A stretch of 64,000 bases of DNA, from NCBI GenBank assembly GCA_052327205.1, contig CM126203.1:22072001-22136000 (forward strand), written 5' to 3'. A program made the translations under genes and the position numbers. The notes under the pieces are model-generated. The model saw nothing but the letters and a program-made list of their open reading frames with translations. It searched no databases and was not told where the DNA came from. Every line of letters begins with the position of its first letter. Positions within the stretch are counted from its first letter, which is position 1. The DNA is from Somniosus microcephalus (taxonomy: Eukaryota). Shown here piece by piece: positions 26,519-39,499 of this stretch.

Positions 26519-27291
26519 GGCCCAGAATTTGCGGTCAGAAGCGAAGGCGTTCGCCGCTGGCCCCGAAGTAAGCTTCGCACAAAGATCTCACGATCTCTGT
26601 GTTGAGAAGTTTAGGTTTTCCGACGTCCAATTTAAATCAGCAGCGCATAGTGGGGATCCCCTAGTGCGAGCTGCTGTGACCTCAACAGGCTGTCTAAGCA
26701 GCCAATCAAAACGCGGAATTCTCACAGACAGCGAACAAAGAAGTGGGTAAGCTCTTAAAATTCTAAGATTGGGGCTCTCACATGGGGAAAAGGCAAACCT
26801 GAAATAAAGATGGACTTTTTTTAAGTTTCTTAAAAATTAAATTTATTAAAATGGATAAATTTCACACTGCACAAAATTAAAATTAGTTTGTCAGGCCCAT
26901 ATCCTTTGTTTAGCAGTCAATACGTTGTTAAAACCCCCAGTTACACCTAATGACTTTGGGTCTAACTTTTTAGTGGGGAATTTAACAGCGTAATTACTGC
27001 GGAAGAGCCGAAGTTTTTGTCAGTTTCCCTGATTTGTGTGATTTCACTGATTGCCGGCTCTGTGGGAGGGGGCGGGTGAAGGGGGTGAGGTGAGGGGGGG
27101 AGGGGTGAGGGGTGAGGGGTGCAGGGGCACAGCGCAGCCTGTGTTGGGGGGCAGTGAATGACAGACCACAACTTCAGGATTTCCCCATGCACCTGTACAT
27201 GCACTAAATCCCGAAGTTGCGGTCAGTTTCAAAGGCGGAATGACAGCGAACGCAGCCAGTTCGCCGTCAGCCAGACCGCAAATTCCGGGCC
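26519..27291. mobile_element. Harbinger-like MITE (773 bp)
   Basis: TIR GGCCCAGAATTTGCGGTC / GACCGCAAATTCCGGGCC (17/18); 3-bp flanks AGT/ATT. Confidence 0.8.
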
Positions 27292-28871
27292 ATTAGGTTT
27301 AAAAAGTTAAACTGCGCAGTTCACCAGTATACTTTATGTTCAATTTATGAACTTGCTCATCTTTGGAAGCACCGTAGCACAAGCTCCAGCTCGGGGAGAG
27401 GTGGAAGGGCTCAAGGTATGCACGCCATGATTTTTCAAGCCATTGCTTATCCCCAGTCACAAGCAAAGCCTGCCCTTCATTATAAACAGGGCAGCTTTAC
27501 AGGCAAAACTTCAAAGATACGGAGTTGTGCACTGCAAATGAGATAAAGAGACAGTAGCTGCCGTGTCCCAACATCCATACCCAACTCCTGACCTGCTGAA
27601 GAGAGGTGGCCGCTCAACCAATTCATGCACAAGTTGTCTTGTGACTGCAGGACACTTGATCAGACTGAACCACGGGGAAATCATTAATCATAATGCAAGC
27701 TTATAATGCAGGATTTTGTCAACAACTAAAAAAATACGTCACTGGGAAATAAGAGGGTTTATATGGAAAGAATTTAAAACGGGATTTTTTTATTGAAATA
27801 GGAGGAGAAGTGATGTCAAGGGAAAGTCGACTGAATTACACTGCGATTTAAGCTTTCATTTCATGTCAATGATGATGAATGCCTTGCTACACAAAATCCA
27901 AGGAATCATGCAGCTAAATTCAATGTGGTAAAAGTCACCACTCTGTTTGCAGTAGGATTTGTCTGTAGGAAATTCGCTATCATCCTCCTCCCCCGCACAT
28001 TTTTTTTTATTCTCCTGGTTTCAGAGAAGAACGGGCAGCCTGCTCCCAGGTGTCTGCCCATGGGGCTGTGTGAGGGTCAAGGTGAGAGAGAACACTCCGA
28101 GGTGACTCACTCACCCATTGTGGACTTTGGGGAAAACCTAAACTGAATGAACAACCCTTCTGCCTTAAAAGGCATAGATCGAGGAACTACCTGTACTAGC
28201 CTCAGAGTTCATCCTCATTTTACTTCTTCCTCCCATTTGATTCCTTTGTTTGTGCTTATATGGATCCCACTAAATCCAATTCTTCATCCATTGATGTTTG
28301 CAAGCTTAGGCAATCAGCCTGAACATTGATTTTCCTTCTCAATTCTCCCAGTCACATTTCCCTTTGTATTTTGAGCAGTTTCCCTCACCGTCAGTCTTTC
28401 TGAAGACCACTTTACAACCCGTCAAACTAGCCTTCCAGCATTTTTAACCCTCTAGCCTCTCTGTAAAAACCGATATCATGATGCACATTTTCGACGGGAA
28501 CTCCAGAACCAGCAAAAACCACATGCAGCGAGCACAAATCTCAACGAATTCAAGCAGAGCTGTCCTTGTGCTGTTTTCCGGGGTCAGATTATTCAAAAGA
28601 CAAAGCGGGAGTTTCCTGTGGCGATCTCACCTTGCACGGGGAGCTTCAACAATCCTGAGGAGCGTTGTAAATCTCATGGGATGTTCAAAGAGTGATTGCA
28701 TTTGAAGACAAGAACACCATTGTCCTTTGTAAAGGCTTAACATTGATTGAAAAGAGTCAGCAGCTTTTACTGCATCTCAGGCATACTCATATCTCAGTAC
28801 GGCACACATTCAAGTTGCAACTTACAATGGAAAGCCTTACCACTTTCACATCTTCCAAATGGTTCATGTGC

Positions 28872-29430
28872 ACACCTTGAGTATTGTGTGCAGTTTTGGT
28901 CGCCTTATCTGAGGAAGGATGTTCTTGCCATGGAGGGAGTGCAGCGAAGATTCACCAGGCTGATACCTGGGATGGCAGGAATGACGTTTGAGGAGAGATT
29001 GGGTCGATTGGGCTTGTACTTTAGAAGAATGAGAGGTGATCTCATTGAAACTTATAAAATTCTAACAGGACTAGACAGACTAGATGCAGGAAGGATGTTC
29101 CCGATGGCTGGGGAGTCCAGAACCAGGGGTCACCGTCTAAGGATAAGGGGTAAGCCATTTAGGACTGAGATGAGGAGGAATTTCTTCACCCAGAGAGTGG
29201 TGAACCTGTGGAATTCTCTACCACAGAAGGCAGTTGAGGCCAATTCATTAAATATATTCAAGAAGGAGTCAGATATATTTCTTGAGGCTAAAGGGATCAA
29301 GGGGTATGGGGAGAAGGCAGGGACAGGGTACTGAATTTGGATGATCAGCCATGATCTCGTTGAATGGCGGAGCAGGCTTGAGGGACCGAATGGCCTACTC
29401 CTGCTCCTATCTTCTATGTTTCTATGTCTA
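28872..29430 (+). mobile_element. CR1 LINE 3' fragment (same subfamily as 3214-3792)
   Basis: HLEYCVQFWSPYLRKDV...GIKGYGEKAG; TTCTATGT tail. Confidence 0.95.
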
Positions 29431-30274
29431 TCTTTGCAACACAACCTAGCTGCATGATGCACGTTCACTTACACCCTAAATGGCTTTCAGGATGCTATTG
29501 TGCATGTGCTCCTTCCATTTAAAACCAGTCACAACTACTTCTTTGCTTGCATGACAAAATGGCACATACACAAGCAATTGGAGGAGGGCTCAGAAATCAC
29601 AGGGTTTCGACTCATTGGGTGTATCCTGCCAGTGGATGCGGGGTCCAATGTTCTGGCTACCCGGAGGATCCCAGGCCCGGGACAAGGAAGCTCCCAGCCT
29701 GGGGGACCCCTTCTCCTGGCTACTTCCTCTCTGACATGGATAACCATGTTTGGTGTGATGGTCAGGACCAAAAACATATCTGGGACCTGGCCTAATTGGC
29801 TGCAGCCCTTCGAGTCCAATGGAAGCCCCCGCACAAATTTGGGGCCACGTGTCTTTTAATAAAAATTTCAGAGGCACTGAAAAAATTCTCTAATAAAAGC
29901 ACAGTACCAAAAAGGTACTGTAAAAATAGGAAGAAAAAGCACATACAAACCTTATTCCCTTCCAAGAGCTCCATCGCACATAGAGCTTTCTTTAAGACCA
30001 TTGAAAATGGGCTTTGAGATCAAACAGATTTGGTTAAAGGGACATTCCCCCTCTGGCCTATACCAATTTCTAATGATAGGGCTCCACCTGGAATGTTAAT
30101 CCACCTTTTCTCTTTCAGATAAACCTGCTGCCTATTGCCAGCATTTTCTGTGTTTTATTTCAGATTTCCTGCACTTACTTTTTTTTAATCTCTAAGCATT
30201 GGAATTCCGAGGGCTCTGGCTTCTCGTGGAGTTGGAATGGAATACTCAGGGAAAAGGGAAGGAGTCCGAGAAAG

Positions 30275-30600
30275 GAAGAAGAAAGAAACTATTTATACAG
30301 CACATTTCACAACCTTAGGACATCCCAAAGCACTTTACAAGTCAATTAAGTACTTTTGAAGTGTAGTCACTGTTGTAATGTGGGAAACGCAGCAGCCAAT
30401 TTGCGCACAGCAAGCTCCCCCAAAAGCAATGTGATAATAACCAGATAATCTGTTTTAGTGACGTCGGTTGAGGGATAAAGATTGACCAGGACACCGGGGA
30501 GAACGCCCCTGCTCTTCTTCGAAATAGTGCCGTAGGATCTTTTACGTCCACTCGAGAGGCCAAATGGGGCCTCGGTTTAACGTCTCATCTGAAAGATGGG
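30275..30600 (-). mobile_element. Deu-domain SINE, 5'-truncated
   Basis: Collinear with 2513-2800. Confidence 0.85.
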
Positions 30601-31159
30601 TATCACTGGATACAAGATGGAGGGACAAAGAAGCATCCAGCAAGACAAAGATGCACTGGACATAAATGATTCTACATTCACATCAACGTTGGCTAATTAA
30701 TTCACTTCACAGAAATTCCCCGGGGGGCGTCGGCAGAGTGTGTGCATTTTCATTTCCTCATAAATTATTTCTGAACACAACACAGGAGCCCTTCTAATAA
30801 AGAGGTCTCAGGAAATAAAAGGGATAATTGAAGAAATAACCACCTGGAGCACATTAAAAGGTGAACACTTTGCATTTAAAGGACTTATACAGAATGAGGT
30901 AACTGCACAGAACTAAAGTACATTTCTGACGTTATTCTTTCTGAATAGATGCTAGTTTAGCGAGTCCAGTTAGGAAACAATCCCAGAATTAAACTTTAAC
31001 AAAATAGTCGTTTAAAGTCTGTTGAGGGCCTTTCTGTTATAGTTCAATATATACATCCTGGAGTCAAATTTCCTCTCGGCTTACCCAAGAAGCTGGACGC
31101 ATGGACATGCACATTATGAAGGCACACAAATCATGCAGCTGCCATTCACATACAAATCC

Positions 31160-31450
31160 AAAACTAAGGATCATATATATAAGATAATCACTAATAAATC
31201 CAATAAGGAATTCAGGAGAAATGTCTTTACCCTGAGAGTGGTGAGAACATGGAACTCGCTACCACAAGGAATAGTTGAGGCAAATAGCATGGATGCATTT
31301 AAGGGGAAGCTAGGTAAACACCTGAGGGAGAAAGGAATAGAAGGTTATGCTGATAGATGAAAAGGGGTGGGAGGAGGCTCATGTGGAGCATAAACACTGG
31401 CATGGACCAGTTGGGCCAAATGGCCTGTTTCTCTGCTGTAAATTCTATAT
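31160..31450 (+). mobile_element. CR1 LINE 3' end
   Basis: RRNVFTLRVVRTWNSLP..AFKGKL plus 3' UTR. Confidence 0.85.
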
Positions 31451-33408
31451 AAATGGGAGGGTCAAGTTTAAATGGCCGGTTTTCCTGCTGTGATTGGTGG
31501 CACAGCGATTGAGAAGCAGTAAGGGAACCGTCAAAATCAAAAATTCAGCAGCACTTTTTAAAAACATTCGGCCTCTACTTCGGCATCGCGTGTTTCCTCA
31601 CCCACCACCCCCCCCCCCCCAATGCGAGGTGGGCGGCAAGTTGTGCCTTAACTGGCATGGGTGCGCACCTGAAACACCCAACCCTCAGAAGTGGTATAGG
31701 GCCAGAGGCGCACCTAATGGGTCGACAGAATTCCCACCGCGCCACACCTACATCGGCGGAGTGGGACCTGGGGTGATTCGGTGATGAATGGGATCGGAAA
31801 GTCTAGACGTCAAGTGTGAGGTGGACGGGGAACCATCTTTGCTCGTGTGCCACATTTTGAAGTGAGGCCAACTGGAAACTTCTGACATCACTGGCACTGC
31901 CATTCATGATCGGATTGGCTGGCTCTCTTTCACAGGAACTGGAGTAGGCCATTCAGCCTCTCGAGCCTGTTCCGCCATTCAATCAGATCGACGGCCGTCA
32001 GCCTTGCTAAACTCAGGTTGAGCGGATAATGGAACAGGTTAACCAGCATGCTCTGTATCAGCGACTGCCACCATTAGTGATGTGGGGCCTGTTCGTTGGG
32101 TCAGAATCTGCTGACAAAAAAAATGCAGTGCAGACCAAGCCCACCTCCCCTCAGGATCACTCCTACCTGAGTGCGGCTACTAATGGACCAGGCCCAGATC
32201 CCTTTCTCCTCAGTCTGACCCCTACATGAGTTTGGCTACTAATGGACTGGACGCAGTCCCACTCCTAAATGAATCTAACTGTTAATGGACAGTTCCCTGG
32301 CCACATTCCCCTCAACATCACTCCTCGCGTGAGGTCTGACCACTGGATATAAAGTAGGTGGAAATTCTCAAAAGAAGAGGAAATCCCACCTACTGTATAC
32401 AAAGGCTGTATTCACTGCCATTATGTGAGGGGTCCGCATCTGGTCCATTAGCAACTGGACTCAGATAGGAATGGGACAGAGGCATTAGGGGAGGCCAATA
32501 AAGGGCAGAAGGAAGGAGAGAGAGAAATACATTGCAATGAAGGGGATAAGGAACTGGGCAATGAAGAGAAAATGGAAGGGGGCAAAGGATGCAAGAGTGG
32601 GGTTGGAAGGAGAACACCAGCGATTGACAAGGAATGGGAGGGAGCCGGGAGGGAAGTGCCAGCATTAATTGGGAGGGAGGGAAAGAGTGCCAGCTTGAAC
32701 TGAGGGTGCTTAAAGGCGAGTACCAACTTGAATTGGGTTGAAGGGGGAGAAGAGTGCCAGGTCAAACTGAGGAGGGGTGGGGGGTGTGGAGAAAAAGGGA
32801 GGAAAGTGTCAGTATGAACTGGGAGAATTGGGGGAGGAGCATGTCTCTGTGAAAGGGGGGGGGGGCGAGTTGGACAGGGCATGGTCTCTTTCTGAATTGG
32901 GTCTGGAAGGGTCAGAATACCTCCACGAATGGGCAGGGGGTTGGATGTGGAAGGATGACCACTGAGATAACGTTTGGGGAAGTAATTGTCTGGTTGATTT
33001 GTCTCATTGACTACTTGAGTGACCCCGTGAAATAATACCCCAGCAAGGTCAACATCTGCAGAAGAGTGGAGAAATCTGGCAGAAAAGGGAGCTGGATCCA
33101 CTACGTCAGGAGAAATCATCATTAGCACTATTTTTAATAACTTGGTAACACACCTATGTAAACCTCTTGTGCACCTATTTTACACAGGTCATCGACCAGT
33201 TGGCTCAGATACAAACAGTGCAACACATCCTTCTCCAACTGAAGCAGTTCAGATCAAGGTCCCTTTCAAAAACTACCCTACTTGTTTCTGCGGTACACAT
33301 CTCACTCTCTAGGAGTCCCCCAACTAAACAAATAAGAGTCGCAATTTCTAATAGTCAATATACTTTATCAATACCCATGTCATATTGAGAACCATCTCAT
33401 GCATTGCA

Positions 33409-33765
33409 CTCCAGAGACTTGAGCACAAAAATCTAGGCTGACGCTCCAGTGCAGTGCTGAGGGAGTGCTGCACTGTTGGAGGTGCCGCCTTTCAGATGAA
33501 ACGTTAAACCGAGGCCCCGTCTGGTCTCTCAGGTGGACGTAAAAGATCCCATGGCATTATTTCGAAGAAGAGCAGGGGCACTCTCCCCAGTGTCCTGACA
33601 AATATTTATCCATCAATCAACATCACTAAAAAATAGATTATCTGGTCATTATCATATTGCTGTTTATGGGAGCTTGCTGTGCACAAATTGGCTACCACGT
33701 TTCCTACATTGCAACAGTGACTACACTTCAAAAGTACTATATAAATGCAAGTCTTTCTTTCTTTC
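33409..33765 (+). mobile_element. Deu-domain SINE
   Basis: Deu core and tail TATAAATGCAAGTCTTTCTTT. Confidence 0.85.
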
Positions 33766-34239
33766 TATTTCTTTCCAAATTCTCCCTTACTCGGAAATTA
33801 TAAGATGTCAACATTTGCAGCTTTGTTTGTGGAAAAAAAGCACATATTACAAGCGTAGGCATTCAATATCCTTCACATTTCGAGCGTCATGCTCTTTGCT
33901 GTTGTACCAACAATGCCAGCACATTAGCTACTTGAATTTCAAGTGCGTCATTGGGAACGATGGGAATTAGTTTGCTTTCAACAGGGTCAGAATGAAAAGG
34001 ATCAAGCAGAAAATGTATTCAGGACTTGATAATCCCATGGGGATATATTTCTTTTCAAAACTTCGCCAACTTGCTAGTCCACCACAGTTCAGTTATAGTG
34101 CACGCGCACTCATGTAACATGTAAGTCGCACCTTCTCCCAGGTTACCACGAGCTATCGCCCTGGAGCTACAACCTCTGCACAGGTCTGAGAAATATTCTG
34201 CTGCCTGTACATACTGTTTCCCAGTGGCATTTCACAGTA

Positions 34240-34903
34240 CAGGAAACTCTTCTTTATCCGGCACCGACGGGACTGGCGTGTTGCCGGTTGATCAAAAAGT
34301 CCTGATTACAGAGAGGTATACAGGAAACTCTTTCTTATCCGGCACTGACGGGACCGGCGTGGTGCCGGTTTATCAAAAAGTCCGGATTACAGAGAGTTAT
34401 AGTTAAAAGGTACGAGAGCTCCGTACACAGCAACAAATCCAGGCTTCCCTGTTACTTAGCAACAGCTGCAAGAACCCCGGCCACAGACCAAGCGTCCCTG
34501 TTGCTTAGCAACAAGTGCAGAAACCCCCGATTACACAGCCAAGAATCAAGAAACGGCCACTAATATGAAGAAAAACTTAACTGAACCTACTCCTGAATTT
34601 TGCCGGTTAACCGAGATTTCTGGTTGTTTGGGTGCCGGTAAATTGAGAGTTTCCTGTACTTACCAAGGTACGAGAGCCCCGTACACGGCCACAGGTGCAG
34701 GAGCCCCGGTTACACGGCACTTGTGCAGGAGTCCCAGTTACACGGCCACAGATCCAGGAGTCCCTGTTGCACGGCCACAGGTGCAGGAACCCCGGTTACA
34801 CGGCCACTAATATACAGTAAAACTTACCTGAACCTACTCCTGAAATTTGCCGGTTAAGAGAGATTTCCGGATATTTAGGTGCCGGTTAAAAGAGAGTTTC
34901 CTG
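34240..34903. mobile_element. Tc1/mariner (pogo/Tigger-like) MITE, outer copy
   Basis: TA-CAGGAAACTCT ... AGAGTTTCCTG-TA. Confidence 0.8.
34321..34656. mobile_element. Same MITE family, inner nested copy
   Basis: Own TIRs and TA duplication; the outer element resumes afterwards. Confidence 0.8.
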
Positions 34904-35289
34904 TATTCGGGTCTTTCCAATGGGACCTTCCCTCCGAGAGTCGGGAATCAGAAAGCAGTCTGTTGATTGGGTTTAGGTGTAAGAGTGTTGACCGCAAAAC
35001 CTTTACACACACTTACTTCTGTAGCGTTTCCATCTACAAAACTCAGGAAATTACTACACCCCTGTCGCACAATATACTTCCAACGCCACAAGTAAATCTA
35101 AATCCAAATTCTATCTATTTTCTCCCTAACATCTCTCTGCAAATAAATAGAGAGCAGAAATTCATTTGAGTCTTCTGACACAGCTCTGACCCACCTACTG
35201 TAACAAATAGAACTTTAACTGATGTATTATTAATAATTAGCTATTAACTTTTTTATTAATTATCATTAGCACATGAGTAATAGACAGGG

Positions 35290-35525
35290 CAGTATTTAGT
35301 GCCTATCGCTAGTTGTCTGAGGGCATTGAGTCAAGTATGAGACTGGAGTCAGAGATTCCCTTCCTTAAAGGATACTAGTGAACCACTTGGGCTTTTACGA
35401 CACTCCGGCAGTTTTCAATGATCATTTATTCTGGTGCCAGTCCACATACCATCAGATTTATTGAATTCAATTTCACAAGGTGGGATTTGAACTGACAATC
35501 GTGCTCGTCCAGTACCTTAGCCACT
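35290..35525 (-). mobile_element. Decayed SINE, second family
   Basis: Reverse complement of the core (AGATTCCCTTCCTTAAAGGATACTAGTGAACCA) and GGGATTTGAAC. Confidence 0.6.
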
Positions 35526-36039
35526 TTACCCATCCTCAGACATGCACTTCCCACACAACTTTTAATTAGGTGATGAATTTGAAAGACTACAAAATAACCA
35601 CCTAAAGAGGTTTAATTTCCTTTAATAGTGAATTGGTTAATGTATATGCAGTAAAGAAAACCAGGTTAATGACCACCTTAAAAGAGTGTGAAAGAGAGCT
35701 TTACAGGAATGTATTAATCAGTGTACCACGAGAGATAATTCAACCCCTTAGACATTCAGTAAAAATGAATTCTTGTTTCCAAATCAATGATTAAAAATAC
35801 TGAATAATATCAAAAACCAAGAAAGGTAAACTTTAAATAAACATAAGGACTCAAATGTGTATCAGGGACAAGTGATTCAAGTAGCACTGCATTCAATAGG
35901 TATGAGAAATAGGAACAAAAATGTAGTCCATATGCTTAAAAATACATTTTTTCAGTGTTAGCTGACATATATAGCTGACTGCGTACATGACACTGTGGAA
36001 GACACTCGTGTGTTTTATGCAAACTCATTCCGTACACAC

Positions 36040-36208
36040 TGTCTCCATGTACATTATACAGAGAGAGAGACGGTCCCCGTGTATATTATATATACAGAGA
36101 GAGAGACGGTCCCCGTGTATATATTACATACAGAGAGAGAGACGGTCCCCGTGTATATTATATATACAGAGAGAGAGACGGTCCCCGTGTATATTATATA
36201 CAGAGAGA
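36040..36208. repeat. Minisatellite, 28-34-bp unit GAGAGAGACGGTCCCCGTGTATATTATATACA (about 5 units)
   Basis: Directly visible. Confidence 0.95.
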
Positions 36209-37148
36209 GGAGGGGAAAGGGAGAGGGGAGGGGAGGGGGGGAGGAAAGGGGGCGGGGGAGAGGAAAGGGGGAGGGGGAGGGAGGAAAGGGGGAGGGGGAG
36301 GGGGAGGGGGAGGAAAGGAGGAAAGGGGGAGGGGGAGGAGAAGGGGGAAGAAGGGGGGAGAAGGGGGAGGGGGAAGAAGGGGGAGGGGGGAAGAAGGGGG
36401 AGGGGGGAAGAAGGGGGAGGGGGGGAGGGGGAAGAAGGGGAGGGGGGGAGGGGGAAGAAGGGGGGGGAGGGGGAAGAAGGGGGGGAGGGGGAAGGGGGGA
36501 GGGGGAAGAAGGGGGGAGGGGGAAGAAGGGGGGAGGGGGGAAGAAGGGGGGAGGGGGAGGGGGGAAGAAGGGGGGAGGGGGGNNNNNNNNNNNNNNNNNN
36601 NNNNNNNNNNNNNNNNNNNNNNNNNNNNNNNNNNNNNNNNNNNNNNNNNNNNNNNNNNNNNNNNNNNNNNNNNNNNNNNNNNNNNNNNNNNNNNNNNNNN
36701 NNNNNNNNNNNNNNNNNNNNNNNNNNNNNNNNNNNNNNNNNNNNNNNNNNNNNNNNNNNNNNNNNNGGGAGCGGGAGGGGAGGGGGAAGAAGGGGGGGAG
36801 GGGGAGAAGGGGGGGGAGGGGAAGAAGGGGGGGAGGGGGGGAAGAAGGGGGGGGAAGAAGGGGGGGGAGGGGGGGAAGAAGGGGGGAGGGGGGAAGAAGG
36901 GGGGGAGGGGGGAAGAAGGGGGGAGGGGGGGAAGAAGGGGGGGAGGGGGGAAGAAGGGAGGGAGGGGGGGAAGAAGGGAGGGAGGGGGGGAAGAAGGGAG
37001 GGGGAGGGGGGAAGCAGGGGGAGGGGGGAGGGGGGAAGAGGGGAGGGGGGAAGAAGGGGGGGAAGAAGGGGGAGGGGGGAAGAAGGGGGAGGGGGGAAGA
37101 AGGGGAGAGGTGGGAGGGGGGAAGAAGGGGAGAGGTGGGAGAGGGGAG
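36202..37148. repeat. Homopurine (GGGGGAAGAA-like) tract, interrupted by an N gap at 36583-36766
   Basis: Almost only G and A on the + strand. Confidence 0.95.
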
Positions 37149-37189
37149 TGCCCCGTCAGCCCGAGCCCCACCCCCCGCCCTGCCCCCCC

Positions 37190-37570
37190 CCGGTCCCGAG
37201 CCCCGCCCCCCGCCTCCCCGAGCTCCCGAGGCCCGAACTCCCGAGCCCCGCCCCCCCCCGAGGCCCGATCTCCCGAGGCCAGATCTCCCAAGCCCCGCCC
37301 CCCCGATCCCCTGAGGCCTGATCTCCCGAGGCCTGGCCCCCCAGATCTCCCGAGCCCCGGCCCCCCAGATCTCCCGAGCCCCGGCCCCCAGATCTCCGAG
37401 CCCCGCCCCCCACCCTCCCGAGCCCCGATCTCCCGAGGCCCGATCCCCGATCTCCCGAGCCCCGCCCCCCTGATCTCCCGAGGCTCGCCCCCCCGATCTC
37501 CTGAGGCCCCGATCTCCCGAGCCCCGCCCCCCCCCCCCCGAGCCGCCGAACCCCGATCTCCCGAGCCCTG
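37190..37570. repeat. GC/CpG-rich degenerate tandem repeat (about 16-23-bp units with a GATCTCCCGAG core)
   Basis: More than ten recurrences of (C/A)GATCTCCCGAG(G)CCC. Confidence 0.85.
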
Positions 37571-37626
37571 CCCCCCGCCCGAGCCGGCTTCAAGAGCAGA
37601 GAGAGAGATGCCACCGCGCAACCTAC

Positions 37627-37800
37627 CATGAGAGGCCCGGATGGACTCAAGTCACGTGCGCTGACTCCTATCCCACCCGCCTTTACTAAGATGGCGGCGG
37701 TGGCGACGCTCGGCTCAGGCCCGCCCCCTCCAGCCTTCACAAAGATGGCGGCGATCGTGAGCCGCTTGTTGAGCGCGACGGGAGGTGCCTAGCTCGTCGG
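37627..37800 (-). other. Candidate first exon of an unidentified gene, ending ATG|GTAGGT
   Basis: Donor GT at 37626-37625 inside the CpG island; transcription start approximate. Confidence 0.5.
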
Positions 37801-38030
37801 GCATGGTTGGGCAACAGAGGCCCAGGCTTCCAGGCCCGGAAAAAACGGTGAAAGGTAGGAAAAATTCTAGATGTTAGAGAAGAGATTTACAAATTAATTA
37901 ACTTTTTAAAAAAACAATGTGTGTTTTAAAAGCAACTTTTTTTTTTGCTGGAAATGTAGATTTGAAAAGAAACACGCAGAAAGTGGGAAAAAGAAATGAA
38001 CAGTTTGGAATCAAGATGGCGGCCACTCAC

Positions 38031-38110
38031 CTCGGTCAGAATGATAAGGCCCGCCCACACACGCACCGATTGGTCAACCGTCAGGTCACTGAACTGTAGG
38101 ATTGATCAAT
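38031..38110 (-). other. Candidate alternative first exon, donor GAG|GTGAGT
   Basis: Near-consensus donor at 38030 followed directly by a YY1 site; start approximate. Confidence 0.45.
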
Positions 38111-38463
38111 CATCACGTCACTCAACTGTAGGATGGCCGCCCACACACACAATGAACCCGCCCCCACTCGATGCAAATGAGCGGATAATGAGCGGAATTT
38201 TGAAAGTTTTTTGGATACCGTTGGCACAATTTTTGTCCGAGCAAAAAGTAAATACACCTACAAGAGTCCCTAATGATGAGCTTTCTTTTGATATAACATG
38301 TGTGTAGGTCCGTTCTATAACTTTNNNNNNNNNNNNNNNNNNNNNNNNNNNNNNNNNNNNNNNNNNNNNNNNNNNNNNNNNNNNNNNNNNNNNNNNNNNN
38401 NNNNNNNNNNNNNNNNNNNNNNNNNNNNNNNNNNNNNNNNNNNNNNNNNNNNNNNNNNNNNNN

Positions 38464-39143
38464 TACAGAGAGAGAGACGGTCCCCGTGTATATTATATAC
38501 AGAGAGAGACGGTCCCCGTGTATATTATATACAGAGAGAGACAGTCCCCGTGTATATTATATACAGAGAGAGACGGTCCCCGTGTATATTATATACAGAG
38601 CGAGAGATGGTCCCCGTGTATATTATATAGAGAGAGAGAGACGGTCCCTGTGTATATTATATACAGAGAGCGACAGTCCCGTGTATATTATATACAGAGA
38701 GAGATGGTCCCCGTGTATATTATATAGAGAGAGAGACGGTCCCCGTGTATATTATATAGAGAGAGAGACGGTTCCCGTGTATATTATATACAGAGAGAGA
38801 CGGTCCCCGTGTATATTATACAGAGAGGGACTGTCCCCGTGTATATTATATACAGACAGAGACGGTCCCCGTGTATATTATATACAGAGAGAGACGGTCC
38901 CCGTGTATATTATATACAGAGAGAGACGGTCCCTGTGTATATTATATACAGAGAGAGACGGTCCCCGTGTATATTATATACAGAGAGAGAGGGTCCCCGT
39001 GTATATTATAGAGAGAGAGACGGTCCCCGTGTATATTATATACAGAAAGAGAGACGGTCCCCGTGTATATTATATACAGAGAGAGATGGTCCCCGTGTAT
39101 ATTATATACAGAGCGAGACCGTCCCCGTGTATATTATATACAG
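38464..39143. repeat. Minisatellite, same ~30-bp unit as at 36040
   Basis: Directly visible; begins at a gap edge. Confidence 0.95.
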
Positions 39144-39499
39144 TCACTTCAACTCGATCTCAGACTCCAATGGTAGAAAGAATATGCCTGAAGGCTGAAT
39201 TGTTTTGCATTGATTGTTAATAATGCGCATGTATACTCAAGCAATAAATTACTGTACTGCCACCAGACACTATATTCCAACTACTATGATCGGCATACAC
39301 AATCATGGTCGAAGCTTTCATAAAATAAGATGACAGATTCATGATTCAATAGGTAGTAAAGGGAATGGATTTGGTTCCAATGTGAGAGAGAAATGAAATT
39401 GTTTTGAGCTGAACTACAATGAGAGTTTGATGGATTGGAAAGCGGTTTCCCATTTCTGTCTTATTAAACTTTACAATTGTTTGCACCCTTTTTTTTTCG

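Larger units (their letters stand above)
37600..38200 (-). promoter_or_regulatory. CpG-island housekeeping-type promoter
   Basis: Three YY1 consensus sites AAGATGGCGGC (37688, 37742, 38013), GC boxes, CCAAT (GATTGG), TCACGTG and TCACGTCA motifs; CpG retained. Confidence 0.75.

Noticed and set aside
28025-28081. Plus-strand 57-bp exon-like segment with good splice sites
   Set aside because: Isolated, and no homology recognised.
32448-33128. 226-aa minus-strand ORF
   Set aside because: Mostly pyrimidine-rich low complexity; the exon-like part (33055-32921) hits a stop if joined in phase to the ATG-ending first exon.
35987-37740. Gly/Glu/Arg-rich and Pro-rich ORFs of up to 475 aa
   Set aside because: Low-complexity G/A and GC repeats plus an N gap; open in several frames at once.
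37691-37792. Plus-strand 33-codon ORF MAAVATLGSG..MAAIVSRLLSATGGA
   Set aside because: Both ATGs are cores of YY1 motifs, and the splice evidence favours minus-strand transcription.
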